Assembly (NCBI GenBank): GCA_031835245.2
Contig: JAVKOQ020000108.1
Coordinates: forward strand, 62,001-126,000
Reading direction: 5' to 3'
Length of the DNA: 64,000 nt
Origin: Balamuthia mandrillaris
Lineage: Eukaryota
Under the pieces are notes generated by a model. The model was not told where the DNA came from. It searched no databases and saw only the letters and a program-made list of their open reading frames with translations. Made by a program: the position numbers and the translations under genes. Below, piece after piece: positions 1 to 11,803 of this stretch; positions within the stretch are counted from its first letter, which is position 1, and every line of letters begins with the position of its first letter.

Positions 1-296
1 CTGTTTTTTCTTCTTCTCCTTCTCAGCTCCTGCAAACAGTTTTGGAAGCGAGAGTTGCCCTGGAGGTCCTCCTCCGCGCCGTTCAGCCACAGGCGGTCCC
101 TCTCCCATCGCTCGGAGACCATCACCGTGGTCGTCGTGCAGAGGTCCGCCATGGAGAGGGTGGTGGAGAGGGAGGAGTTGAGCGGGAGGATGAGCCGCTC
201 ATCGCGCTTGCCCCAGTACTTGATCACGGCGATGTTGACCGGCGCTTTGGCGGTGACGATCACGCGCGCTTCTTCTCGGTCACTTTTTTCTTCCAT
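1..296 (-). CDS. MVD: Diphosphomevalonate decarboxylase, N-terminal part (gene runs off the window start)
   Basis: Manual minus-strand translation from ATG at 296: [47 protein letters not shown]..., the conserved MVD N-terminal motif (APVNIAxIKYWGK). Not in the ORF track. Confidence 0.92.
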   Translation of the reverse strand, partial: MEEKSDREEARVIVTAKAPVNIAVIKYWGKRDERLILPLNSSLSTTLSMADLCTTTTVMVSERWERDRLWLNGAEEDLQGNSRFQNCLQELRRRRRKN

Positions 297-561
297 TTTT
301 TATTTGTTCTTTGTCTGCAAATAAATTTTTGGAATTCCTGTCCACAAAAATATTTAAAAAGGTAAATTAATTAATCGTCTGCATAAACATTTTTAACATT
401 TTTGTCTACAAAATTACTCCGTAAAAGGAAAGAAATCGCAAATTCTTTAAATGCTTGGCATAACTCAGCCCACTGAAAAAGCAGAAGAAAGAGAGAAGGC
501 ATGGTAGAGTAGAATCGTCGTTGTGGAGGTCCCACACAGAAAGTTTGTCTCGTTTTGTTTT

Positions 562-884
562 TTATCCCACACGAGGCGTTTTAATGCATTTGCCTGCTTT
601 GTTCACATAGACACGCACACGGTCCTCGCGAAAGTCCGCGGTCACCATCGCTCCCTGCGGAATGGAGACGACTTTAAGGGAGCTGTCGTCCTTGAGAATG
701 GCGGCCTTGACCTCCTCGAATGGCTTTCCTACTAATTCGGGCCACTGCCTTTTACCTTTTGTTTGTTTGGTTGCGCCATACGAACATAAACATTCAAAGG
801 AACAAGAAGAAAAAAAAATAGATCTCGGTGAGCATGATTCTATGGAAGAGGAGGGAGCTGCTTGTAGCAACACCTACCGGACAT
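562..884 (-). CDS. Potato inhibitor I family (I13, CI-2-like) serine protease inhibitor, copy 1, with a micro first exon
   Basis: WPELVG...VTADFREDRVRVYVN...PRVG family signature. ATG TCC G|gtaggt donor at ~884-872. Confidence 0.9.
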
Positions 885-1291
885 GGTTGCTTTTGATAGA
901 GGAAAGCGTTGTTGTGTGGGTGTGTTGTTGTCTGCGTTACTCTCTGTTCAACAACAAACTTTAACCTAACGGTGCTATAAATATCCGTTATAGCACCGAA
1001 AAAAATTCCGAAATCACGAAAATATCGGAAATATTTTCCAAATTTTCAGAATTTCGCAAATTGTGGACTTAATTTCGACAATTGGACCGATCGAACTGCG
1101 CAATAGGGAAATAGCCGCGGGTTTGGCTCTCTCTGGCTGTGACGGATTTCGCCGGACACCAAGCCCGCTTTTTCTGCCTCTCCTTGTTTCCTCCTCTCGA
1201 TGTGCGAGCGATAAGATGAAAAAAAATTTCGTGACAAGAAGAAGAAAGTTTCTTTAGTTGTGTTGCGTTGGCTTACTCCCATGGGGTTGTT

Positions 1292-1566
1292 TTATCCGAT
1301 GCGAGGAGTCTCGGCGCAGTTGCCGGCGTTGTCCACAAAGACACGCACACGGTCCTCGCGCCAGTCCATGGTCACCATGCTCCCCTCGGGGACGGACTGG
1401 ACCTGCAGGGAGCCGTTGTCGTTGAGGATGGCGGCCTTGACCTCCTCAAAGGGCTTTCCAACCAATTCGGGCCACTCGGTTTTGCCTTTGGAGCAAGAGA
1501 GACGGAAGAAGAGGGAGAGAGGAAGAGGAGCCGACAGACGAGAACCAGGGGGTGAGATAAAAAGAG

Positions 1567-1606
<40 letters not shown>

Positions 1607-1676
1607 AACGTAGGTAAGACGTTTTAAAAAAATAAAAAGGGGAGCAAGTTGGGAGAAACGCACACGTACCAGACAT
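1292..1676 (-). CDS. Potato inhibitor I family serine protease inhibitor, copy 2
   Basis: WPELVGKPFEEVKAAIL...VTMDWREDRVRVFVD...PRIG. Same micro-exon ATG TCT G|gtacgt at 1676. Confidence 0.9.
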
Positions 1677-2533
1677 TGTAGTAGTAGAAGCTGTGTAGTT
1701 TGGTTCTGTAGAAGATAGAAAGATAAAAAGAGAGGAAGAATGGGAAAGCGCAGCGCTTGGAACTTTCTGGTGAATAATAATAATATGACCAACGCGCAAT
1801 GGTTGGGTTTGGCGGTGGTCCTTGTCGACACTATTTTTCCCCGCTAAAAGTAGCAGGGAAGCGCAAGGACTTTTTTTGCTGCCTTTTTTCCCTTGCCATT
1901 TCTTTTCAGTCATATATAAAAATATTTATCGGACTACCAATGCGTTTTCCACGAGAAGCCAATTATTTTCCGTAATAATCGACATTTTTCCCAAAACAAA
2001 GCAAAAAGCCGCTAATTATTTTCGCAGAATGAATTTTAACGGACGGTAATGGTCATATGTGGCTTGGGAGTGAGTGCCACTGGCTCTCTCATACCAGGAG
2101 CTGCCGCTACGTCCATTGCTCCTTCTTGTGGTGATTATCAGTCGATGAACAGATTGAGAGTACACTCTTCTTTTTTTCCTGTTCTTCAGCAAGCTCTCTG
2201 GTGCACCATGGCGTGGATCACTTTTTCTGTTGTTTTAGAAGCAACGACTCTTGTTCTGGAATGGTGTGGAGAGAAACCACCGGCGGCAGTAAGATGGTAC
2301 ATTTTTCATCCTCTCTTTCTTGTCAATGGGTAAGGGATCGCAGTGGTGTTTGCTCACCGAGTTCCTGGCTGTTAGTAGTCTCCTCAACTCCTCAATCATA
2401 AGCATAAAGACAACAAGATGTTGAAAGAAATACTTTAGTGATGAACGCCAGCTTTGAGTTTGGCCACCGCATGATGTTAACGAATACATAGAAACTCCTT
2501 CACAAAGCTAGCCCTTAAGTTAGAGTAGAAAGC

Positions 2534-4832
2534 TCAACCCAAGGCCGATGGCAAGACCCTCCGAGAGCGCCACGATGTTCCCACTGCTCTCTTCAGACTC
2601 TTGCTTGTCTCCACTTTGGTCGGAATTGGAGTGAGCGGTGAAACTGGAAGAAGGAGGCCAGTCCTCCACTTCATCCACTGTTGTTTTCGTTTAAAGTCAG
2701 AGAACGAAGCATGAAACATCTTAAACCAAAACTTTGTACCGTGAATAAACTGCAGAGTGTGTATGAAAACCGGGTTGGAGATACTGTTCAAGAAGTTGGT
2801 GCTGCAATCCACACGCACGGCCACTTCTCTCAACCTCTCATCCACTTTTGCCAACATTTCTCTCCTCCGCGGTGCTTCGTTTTGCAAGTCCTCGAAATGG
2901 CACTCCAACAATCGAGTCTCCGAAGCAGGGAAGTAGCCCAGGTCTTTGCAAGAGGAAGCAGGGGAAGCAGCGGGCAAAAGTCCAATCAGCACAGCATCTC
3001 TTCCCGAGAGTTCAAGGCTGCATGAGACGTTTCGGGCGTAATGAGCTCCCATGCTACGAAAGTCGAACTGGATGAAGATGGCTTCATCGAAAATGAACTG
3101 ACCCTTTGGTGTCATCCCCAGATCGTCTTCCACATAGTCCTTGGGGTGGTCAGCAACGGAAAAAACGAAGGGAGGAAAGAGCAAACAAACGTACTTCGGC
3201 TTGTCTTTCGTCGCTGGGGTTGACCGCCCTGGCGTTCAAAGCTGACACCTCGACTTCCACGCTCTCCAACTCTTCCACGACCGTAAAACTCTTTTGGATT
3301 GTCGGTAGCTTTTCTCCGTCTTCGTCTGCGCAACTCAGCGCTGCATCGAAGGACGGAGTGCCTCTCAAGCTCTCTTTGGCTGAGATGGAGAGGATGGGAT
3401 GCAGCACTGTCTCCCCTCCTTCCACGTCTCTCACACAATGAACCTCGAAGGTATTGCCCGACGTGGAGGTAGCCGCCTCGCAATCACCGGCATCGGCGTT
3501 GCTAGACTCCAAGCGAAGAGAAGGAGTGGAGAAAGTCCAGGTGCAGATAGTGGAGAGAGACGTGGAGTATCCGCTGTTGGAGAGAACTGAGGCCAGCGTG
3601 AGAGTGTCTGTCAACGTCATGACTTGGTCTTCATCATCTGGAGAGTTAAACGGAATGGAGTTAACCAGACCGCACAAAGGAAGTAACCAACAAACGACAA
3701 GGAAGAAAGAAGCACAAACCAGTCCATGAAGAAGACAAAGCCCAAGAAGGCGCCGCGGGAAAGGTCTTCGAAGCTGTGGGCGGATTCCATTGATCACCAA
3801 TAGCTGAACATTGGTCCACGGAGACGGTGATGGAACCGCGAAAGTCTCTCGGTGGTGTGAACTTCCATTTCTTTATTCCTTTTCAACAGGAAAGAGGTTA
3901 GAACGGTACGACTCGAACGACAAAGATAAACACGAGGATTAACTTGAAGAATAGCGGATACATACCCGGAGCAGAGGTAAAGATATCCGAGTCAAAGCCA
4001 CAAGTCCATACCCCAGTTCCTTCCGCTGCACATCCTGCTGGCGTTACTTCGTAAGCCCACACTCCGTCATCTCCTTCCACTGTCATTCGGACTCGACACT
4101 GAGCATCCCTGGCCGCAGAGGGTCCCGCATTGTTCAACCGAAACTCAAACCAGAACTCCTCTCCGGGAGTCAACTTCTCTTCCGCGCTACTGCTGACAAT
4201 GGCCGGGGCGACTGAAGTGACGGCGGGTCCAGTTTTGAAGGTTCCGGTGACGCTCACGTCCTGCTGTGGGGTGTCATAGAAGTTGGTGTGCAAGTAGAGG
4301 CCTCCCGTGACCAAGACGGTCTGTTGGAAACGGTCTTCCGGCACTTTGAACTCCGAACGAATGGTTTTGTCGGCAATGGAGGTGGTCGTCCCCGAGGACC
4401 TGAAATAGCAAAGCTCCCCTGTTTGTGAGATCATGCACGGCCAGTCCGGCCATTGGGCGCCATAGTCCAGGCAAGGGCAGTACCATCCATTACCCCATGC
4501 TTTCGTTTTAACTTTGAGAGAATAAAAGAGAATAATATAGCAGTTAAACCACTATGGCAACAAAAACAAAAAACAATTGGAGTGGAGCACTCACTGTCCA
4601 AAAAACTGGTGGTTACGTTGGTTTGAACGTTGAAATAGATGCCGCTGCTGCTGGTCAGCTGGAGGGGAGACTTCAAGGTGTGGTCCTCCACCTGCCAAAC
4701 CGTGGTGGCAATAACTCCGGGAGTGGGCGTGGCCGGTTCACACCTAACATAGGTCAACTTTCCTTGGGTTACAGACAGGCCAAGGAACAGCAGAACCAAA
4801 AGAAACAAACTCTTCTTTTGCAAAATGCACAT
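2534..4832 (-). CDS. Multi-exon secreted or surface protein with Ig-like/DUF11-like beta-rich domains; 3' end uncertain
   Basis: Signal peptide (LFLLVLLFLGLSVTQG), DUF11-like LNNAGPSAARD and LSNSGYSTS motifs. ORF pieces 4431-4832, 3898-4434, 3150-3800 and 2534-3184 join at GT-AG introns. Confidence 0.55.
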
Positions 4833-5131
4833 TCTGCCTAATGATGTCAGAGAGAATAGTATAATAGGAGTGGAGTCAAAGGTGTTGTCTATTGTGCCCG
4901 TTGTTTTTTTTTAAAAAAAAGAAGACTTATCCAGAGTTTTTTCTATTTATTTGCCACGTGAAGTTTAAAAAAGTTCTGTTCGTTGGTTCTACGTGGAGAA
5001 AAAGATTCCACCTGTAGGGATGGGCAATCTCGCCGGTCGTTCGCTCATTGGTTGGTAAAATGGAATTTTAATACTTTAAGGACGAAAAAACACAGGGAAT
5101 GTTTCGGGCGTTAACCACAAAAAGGAAGGAC

Positions 5132-5336
5132 AGGCCAAGCTCTCCCCCTCCCCCTTCTTCTAGGGCCCCCTTCTCTATAGGCCTCTAAGCTCTCAGCACC
5201 CCAGGGGACCCTAGAAGGGACTACTCGTATATGGCTCTATCTAGCAGAGATCTGCTTATTAGCAGGCCCTCCCTGGGAACCAGGGCTTTGAGGACTTTAG
5301 GGGCCTGCTAATAATAGGGGGGTGAGGGCTTGGCCT
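5132..5336. other. Nested inverted repeats forming a multibranch fold (candidate structured ncRNA or MITE-like element)
   Basis: Outer stem aggccaagctctc / gagggcttggcct. Inner stems cttctagggccccc / ggggaccctagaag and a perfect 14-bp ttattagcaggccc (5256-5269) / gggcctgctaataa (5301-5314). Confidence 0.45.
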
Positions 5337-6044
5337 CCACGATTTGTAGTTAAACTCCGCATTAATATAAACTATATTAATATGCCCTACCCGATACCAT
5401 CGCTCACCCTTTTCGTTCTCTCTCCCTCTTTCGTTCTCTCCCGCCATCTGGTTCTCGGAAGTTCAGCAATGGAAAATAATCCCTACAACAACGCAGCGAA
5501 ACCAGGCCATGAGAGGGAAGGGGTGGTCGGTAAAGCTGTCACTTAACAGGAAACAAGCGTATCCCACATGTGGGCCAATCCAAACTCGCAGGTTAACGAG
5601 GTACACATCATTCTTCTCCTCTCCCCACTCACCTCTCTCATCCTTCTCTTCATTCCTCTTCTTTCTCTTTCCTCTGTCTGCTCTCCTCACCATCTGCATT
5701 CCTGGACCTCCCCGTTATTTCTGATGGAGTTTCGTCCTCCAAGTCATTCAAAGCGCTCCATTCTCCTAACGCCTTTCCCCTCACCATTTTAAAATTAAGC
5801 TCTTGCAGCCAGTGAGAGGCCGCGTGCTGTTTCGCTGGAAGAACGAAAAACGAATGAGAGCTCCCTCATATTCGCACATTCCTGTACATGCCTCACGGAT
5901 TTCGATGAAGACCAAAGCTTTCTCCATGCCAGCCAAGCCCAGAAGCTTCCAACTATAAAAATGCTGCCACTTCAACGACTCGAGTTAACATAACAACAAA
6001 TAACAGCAAAAACACATACACAAAGCACACAGTTGAACACGAAG

Positions 6045-7292
6045 ATGACGGACTCCACCATCAAGCTCACATTCGTTGTCTTGTTGGTGGCTGCGCTCGT
6101 TGGCGGAGCCTTAGGCGGGGCTAAAAACGGTGGCAACATCGGTTACGATGGCGGCAACGTGATGTATGACGGCGGAGACGTCTACGATGGAGGTGATGTT
6201 TACGGTGGAGGTGATGTCTACGACGGCGGCAACATCATGTATGATGGTGGAGATGTCTACGATGGAGGTGATGTCTATGATGGCGGCAACATCATGTACG
6301 ATGGAGGAGACGTTTACGATGGAGGTGATGTCTACGATGGCGGAAACGTCTACAATGGTGGAGACATTCAGGATGGCTATGATGGCGGCAACATCATGTA
6401 CGATGGTGGCAACATTCAAGATGGCTATGATGGAGGTGATGTCTACGATGGTGGTGATGTCTACGGCGGCGGCAACATCGGTTATGACGGCGGTGATATC
6501 TACGATGGTGGAGACATCCAAGACGGCTATGATGGCGGTAACGTCTACAATGGTGGAGACATTCAAGATGGCTATGATGGTGGTGATGTCTACGATGGTG
6601 GTGACATCCAAGATGGCTACGATGGCTGCAACGCCATGTACGATGGTGGAGACGTCTATGACGGAGGTGATGTCTATGATGGAGGAGACGTCTACAATGG
6701 CGGCAACATCATGTATGATGGTGGTGATGTATACGATGGCGGGAACATCTACAACGGTGGAGACATCCAGGACGGGTACGACGGTGGTAACATCATGTAT
6801 GATGGTGGAGATGGCTATGATGGCGGCAACATCATGTATGATGGAGGTGATGTCTATGATGGCGGAAACGTCTACAATGGTGGAGACATTCAAGATGGCT
6901 ATGATGGCGGCAACATCATGTACGATGGAGGAGACGTTTACGATGGAGGTGATGTCTACGATGGCTACGATGGTGGCAACATCGGCTATGACGGCGGTGA
7001 TGTCTACGATGGAGGCGACATCTACGACGGCGGAAATGTTGGCGATGGCAAAGGCAACGGCGGGAACGGCGGGAACGGCGGCAACGTGAGTGACGGCAAA
7101 GACGGAGGAGGAGACGTCGATGACGGCAAGCATCACGATGGAATGGATGGAGGGGGTGATGTCAATGATGGCATGCATCACGACGGCGAGACCGGTGACT
7201 CCAAGGACAACTCCAGTGATGAGGATGGCAGCCATGGAGAGCACCACGATGCCAGCGCTGCTCTCTCGTTGCGTCCTTTGCTTTTCTTCTGA
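6045..7292 (+). CDS. Secreted YDGG-repeat (Tyr/Asp/Gly-rich) low-complexity protein, intronless
   Basis: Signal peptide, then dozens of (V/I/M)YDGG(D/N) units, a His/Asp-rich HHDG region and a hydrophobic tail SAALSLRPLLFF. Confidence 0.85.
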   Translation: MTDSTIKLTFVVLLVAALVGGALGGAKNGGNIGYDGGNVMYDGGDVYDGGDVYGGGDVYDGGNIMYDGGDVYDGGDVYDGGNIMYDGGDVYDGGDVYDGGNVYNGGDIQDGYDGGNIMYDGGNIQDGYDGGDVYDGGDVYGGGNIGYDGGDIYDGGDIQDGYDGGNVYNGGDIQDGYDGGDVYDGGDIQDGYDGCNAMYDGGDVYDGGDVYDGGDVYNGGNIMYDGGDVYDGGNIYNGGDIQDGYDGGNIMYDGGDGYDGGNIMYDGGDVYDGGNVYNGGDIQDGYDGGNIMYDGGDVYDGGDVYDGYDGGNIGYDGGDVYDGGDIYDGGNVGDGKGNGGNGGNGGNVSDGKDGGGDVDDGKHHDGMDGGGDVNDGMHHDGETGDSKDNSSDEDGSHGEHHDASAALSLRPLLFF

Positions 7293-7633
7293 GGAAACCA
7301 AAAGGCTCCTCCCTCCGGCAAAAGAGATGGAACCATTCACATTATCATCATTTGTTTTCATTTTAGCTTGTAAATAATATACTTTCTTGTTCTTCTGCGC
7401 TTCTTCCACTCTTTCTTCTTGTTATCGTTTCTTCCATTCTTTCTTCTTTCTTTCTTGTCGTTTCTTTCTCTCTTTTTCTTTCTTTCTTTCTTGTCGTTGC
7501 TTTCATTCTCTGGGGAAGAGAGAACAAATAAGAGATGAGAATGGGGAAGAAGTTTTTGTGAAGTGCCCAAATAAATAGAATAGAAAACTTGAGTGGATGA
7601 AAGAAAAGAAAAGAAAAAGACCTTCTCCTCCTC

Positions 7634-8249
7634 TTAATAAGCAGAGGAAGAGTAATCCACATCTCCGTAATCCAGCTTGACGTATCCGCTGCTCCTCACT
7701 CTCTGCCTGACGATCATGAAGACCACCCAAGCCACGCCCACCAGCAACAGCACCGCTCCAACGCTCAGCAACGTCCAGAAGAGGATGATCCTGCCCAGCA
7801 GCAGGTTCAACACGCTCTTCTGGTAGTCGTCCGCCAGCCCCTTCGTCAGCGTGCTCTCCTCCGCGCCCCAATAGATAGGGTACATCACGTCCTTGGGGAT
7901 GTTGGTGTTGAAGAGATCCAAAGCAGAGGAGGTGGAGTTCTGCAAAAAGATGTTTGCCTGCACTCTCTTGCGGGCTTGCATGGCCTTGCCGGTGATGCTC
8001 TCCACGTCGATGTAGGTGGAGTAGATGTCCTGGGGGTCGGTGGTGATGTTGGACATGCCGTGCACGCGCTGCTCGCGGTAGTAAGGATCGGCCTTGAACA
8101 TTTGAGGGCGGCTAAGGAAGAGAGGGAGGTTGGCGGGTAAAGCGGAGGACATGTTGGCGAAACCGACAATGTATTGGTTGTAGTCGGGATTGATGTCAAA
8201 GATCTTGTCTTCGGGGCGGTACCTTTGTTTTTTGTTATGTTTGAGTTGA

Positions 8250-8287
<38 letters not shown>

Positions 8288-9281
8288 AAAGAAACAGCAC
8301 TAAAGGAAAGAAAAGAAAAGAAGAAGGAAAGAAAAGAAACCTTCTAAGAGGAATGCCGTGAAGTTCGATAGACTCGGAGGGCAGAAGAGGGACAGCACGA
8401 AGAGCCTCATGCAGCCAAACCAAAAGAGAGCCGGAGCGAACGGGTTTGGCCTTTGTGAAGGACCAAACGCCGTCCAGTATGGGCTCAAATGCGTGACCGT
8501 CTGATCCTCTCACTTTTTCCTGTTGAAAAAGAAAAAGAAAGGTAAGAAAAGAAAGAAAGAAAGAAACAGGAAGAAAAAGAGAAAAAGACACGACAATAAA
8601 CGACAATAAATGACAAGAAAGAAAGAAGAAAGCAGAACAAAGAGAATAGATACCTCACGAGGCCAAGGGTGTCCCGCAGGAAGGACTGTCTTGCCATCCG
8701 ATTGCACAAAATTGTGCGTATCACGCAGTTTGCCGGCTCCGGTGTTGAGGGTGTCGTACAAACCGCTCTTCAGCACCTCCTCTTCGCTGGTTTGGTTGGT
8801 GCAGTAGGAGAAGGTAGTCTTTGTGCCGCCGGAGAGCATCGTGAGGAGAGGATCTTTGAAGCCCCAAAGCCATTCCTCTGCTGTTTTCGTGGAGAACAAG
8901 CCAGAGCCTTAAAGAGACCGAGAAAGAAAGAACATAAGCAAAAAACCAAACAATAAAAAGAAAACAAAATGTAAACTATGTTTACCTTGAGCAAAGGTTT
9001 GGGTGATGATCGTCTGACCAACATACTGCATGTACTGCAACACCACGGCCGCCTCCGGCAGAGTGATCTTCCAACGCTGAGTGAGGGTTTCCTGATCGCG
9101 GTTTATCACTGCAGCGGCAAAGGCAGCAAAGTGAGTGGTGTTGAAGATGCCAACGTCAGGGTCGCCAAGCAGGAACTTGGTGTAGGTGTGGTTGAAGCTG
9201 ATGTCTGTTTGAAGTTTGCTTTTCGCCCAAATGGGAAGTTCAAAGACAACTGTTGGTATTGAGTATGTAAGAAAGTGTGAA

Positions 9282-9315
<34 letters not shown>

Positions 9316-11191
9316 AGAGAAACAAGAAACACCAAGAAAGATAGAAGCAACAAGAAACAAAGAATAGTACCAGGCAACGGGAAGTACGCTTGAAGGAGGG
9401 CCTGAACGCCAGCAGGATAGAGGGCAACGCCACCCCATTGTGCGTAGATGATATCATCAGGCGAGCTAAAAGAGTATTTCTGTAGGAGAGTAGGGAGAGA
9501 AATGGAGAACATCATCGAGTTACGCCAATTGATGATCATGTCCAGTTGAGTAGGAGTCAGAGTGAAAGCGGCTTGCAGCAGCTGCTTGGCCATTCCGGCG
9601 TAAGGAGAGTCCATTCCTATTTTTGTTGTATTATTTGTAAAATTTTCGGTGAGTAAAAGAGAAACAAAAGCAAGAAAGAAAGAAACCACAAAGAAAAAAA
9701 CTAACCAGCAACACCCCAAAGCAAAGCGGCAGTGAGAGAAGAAGTATAGTTGGTCAAAGAAGGGACATTGACAGTGTCGTTTGCCCAAAGAGCAGCTGCC
9801 ACCGCCGCCGAGATGTTGGTGGGTCCGACATCAGCTGAGGGCACTCCTCCAAAGACTTTCACCCAAATGGAGTCATCGGGGACGGAAGTACTGTTGGCCC
9901 AAATAGTATAAAATTCCTATGAATAAAGAACGCTGTTAAAGAATAAAAAAGAAATGAAGAGGAGAAAACAAAAGAAAAAGAGAGAAAACAAAAGAAATGA
10001 AGAGGAGAAAACAAGAACAACGACAATAACGACAAGAACCTGTTTGGCTTCGTCTTTGGTGACGTTCTTCTCCTGCATGATGGAACTGAGGACTTGCTCA
10101 AAGCCAGCGCTAAGCTCCAGGGCCGCCTCTCCGCTCACCATCGCTCCCATGAAAGGAGTACTGATGGATTGGAACATCTTGTGCAGGGCAACGGTGGAAA
10201 CTCCTCCAGCGAGAGCGCTCTCGCTGCCGGCTTGCATGACTGCTCCCAAATAGAAGTAGTTCATAGCTAAAAAGGTGAAACAACGCGGTTTAGAACAAGA
10301 GAGAGAGAGAGAGAAACAAAGAAAGAGAAACAAAGAGAAAGGCAAGATAGTAATAAAGAAAGTTACCAGTGATGTTTTCTGTGAGAGGTGCCTTGGTATG
10401 CTCAGGATCATGGACATAATAGGTCCATTCGGCATAGCTGACGTTCTTGCCATGGTCCTGGAAAGTCACGTTCAGCTTTACCTTGTACTCTCGGTGACAA
10501 TACGGCCCTTTTTCCTTGTAACTGTTTATTTTTTAAGTGGTTAGAAGCAATAGAGAGACAGAGAGGGCGGAAGAACGAGCAGAAGAAGAAGAAGAAGAAG
10601 AAGAAGAAGAAGAAGAAGAAGAACAAGAAGAAGAAGAAGAAGAAGAAGAAGAGCAAGAAGAAGAAGAAGAAGAAGAAGAAGAAGAACAAGAACAAGAACA
10701 AGAACAAGAACAAGAACAAGAACAAGAAGAAGAAGAAGAACAAGAACAAGAAGAAGAACAAGAACAAGAACAAGAAGAACAAGAACAAGAACAAGAACAA
10801 GAACAACGAGAAGACAAGAACACGAACAAGAACACCAAGAAGAAACCTCAACACGGAGCATAGAGAAAATACAGAATACGAAAAAAGAAAAACTCCACAA
10901 GAACAAACAAGAGTACCTAGGCACAGCGTTGGGGTTCTGTTTGATCTCGTCCAAGTTTTGGAGGTCCCACAAATAGACGCAGTAGTAGAGGGGGACGTCG
11001 TCCTCGGCGGTGTTCTTGACAAAGCTGTCATAGCCGTCGGAGCCGGTGGAGTCCACCACCAGCTTTTCCTGCAGGCCTTTGTCCAGGGCGGAGGCCACCA
11101 GCAGGCTCACCAGCACGCCCGTCACGATCAGCACAAAGCCCAGGCAGAACGAGGCGGAGATCAGAATGGTCCTCCAGCTGGGTCTTCTCAT
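7634..11191 (-). CDS. CD36/LIMP-II (scavenger receptor class B, Lmp-like) membrane protein, multi-exon
   Basis: N-terminal TM; YYCVYLWDLQNLDEI, KTAEEWLWGFKDPLL, VRGSDGHAFEP, LFLSRPQMFKADP, TYIDVESITG motifs; C-terminal TM; tyrosine-motif tail GYVKL. Confidence 0.88.
10582..10805. repeat. Intronic (GAA)n/(GAACAA)n microsatellite
   Basis: Read directly; lies within a CD36 intron. Confidence 0.95.
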
Positions 11192-11803
11192 TTTTTTAAC
11201 TGCAAATGTTTATTTTATTTATATGTTACCTTTGCGGGTGCACAAACAGAGAGAGCTAAAAGAAAGAAAGAAAGAAAGAGAGAAAAAAATAGAAAGTGAG
11301 AAAGACAGAAAGAAAGAAAGAAAGAAAAGGAATGAGGAGGGAGAAAAAAATTCAAACCCTTTGACTGCGAGGAGGAGAGGGAAAAGGTTCCTTTCTCTCT
11401 TTCTTTCCTTTCCGTTCTAAATTACCCTTTTATTATTCCTTTTTAAGGCGAAATGAAGCGATATTACGCCGACATAATTCGTTTCTTTGATTTTCCATTG
11501 GGTGATAACATACGTCAGCACGATGAATTTGTCGACAAATTCAAAGGTTTGATTTTCCATTGGATGGGAACTGACGTCAGCAGTTCTGTTTTTGATTTCC
11601 AACTGGTTCATCTGTTCATTTCACCAAAATGAAAAAAAAGAAGAGAAGAAAAGAGAGAAGAGAAGAGAATGACGAAGAGAAGAGAAGAGAAGAAAACGAT
11701 GAAGAGAACTTTGGCTTTTGTGAAACAACAAACTTTTATTATCGTGGTGGTTGCTGGTATGTACGTAGGCAAGGGTGTTTGTTTTTTTTTTAAAAGGATT
11801 CTT

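Noticed and set aside
6130..7040. CRISPR-like array
   Set aside because: The repeats are degenerate in-frame coding units with no unique spacers, and the context is eukaryotic with no cas genes.
6111..7409. Long antisense and alternate-frame ORFs over the YDGG genes (also 54668-56077)
   Set aside because: By-products of repetitive GAY/GGN/TAY codons that lack stops in the other frames.
10408..11031. Poly-F/S/E/L and EKRR ORFs (also ~12000, 19200, 20800, 22000, 37500, 40300, 49300)
   Set aside because: Translations of intronic or intergenic microsatellites, not proteins.
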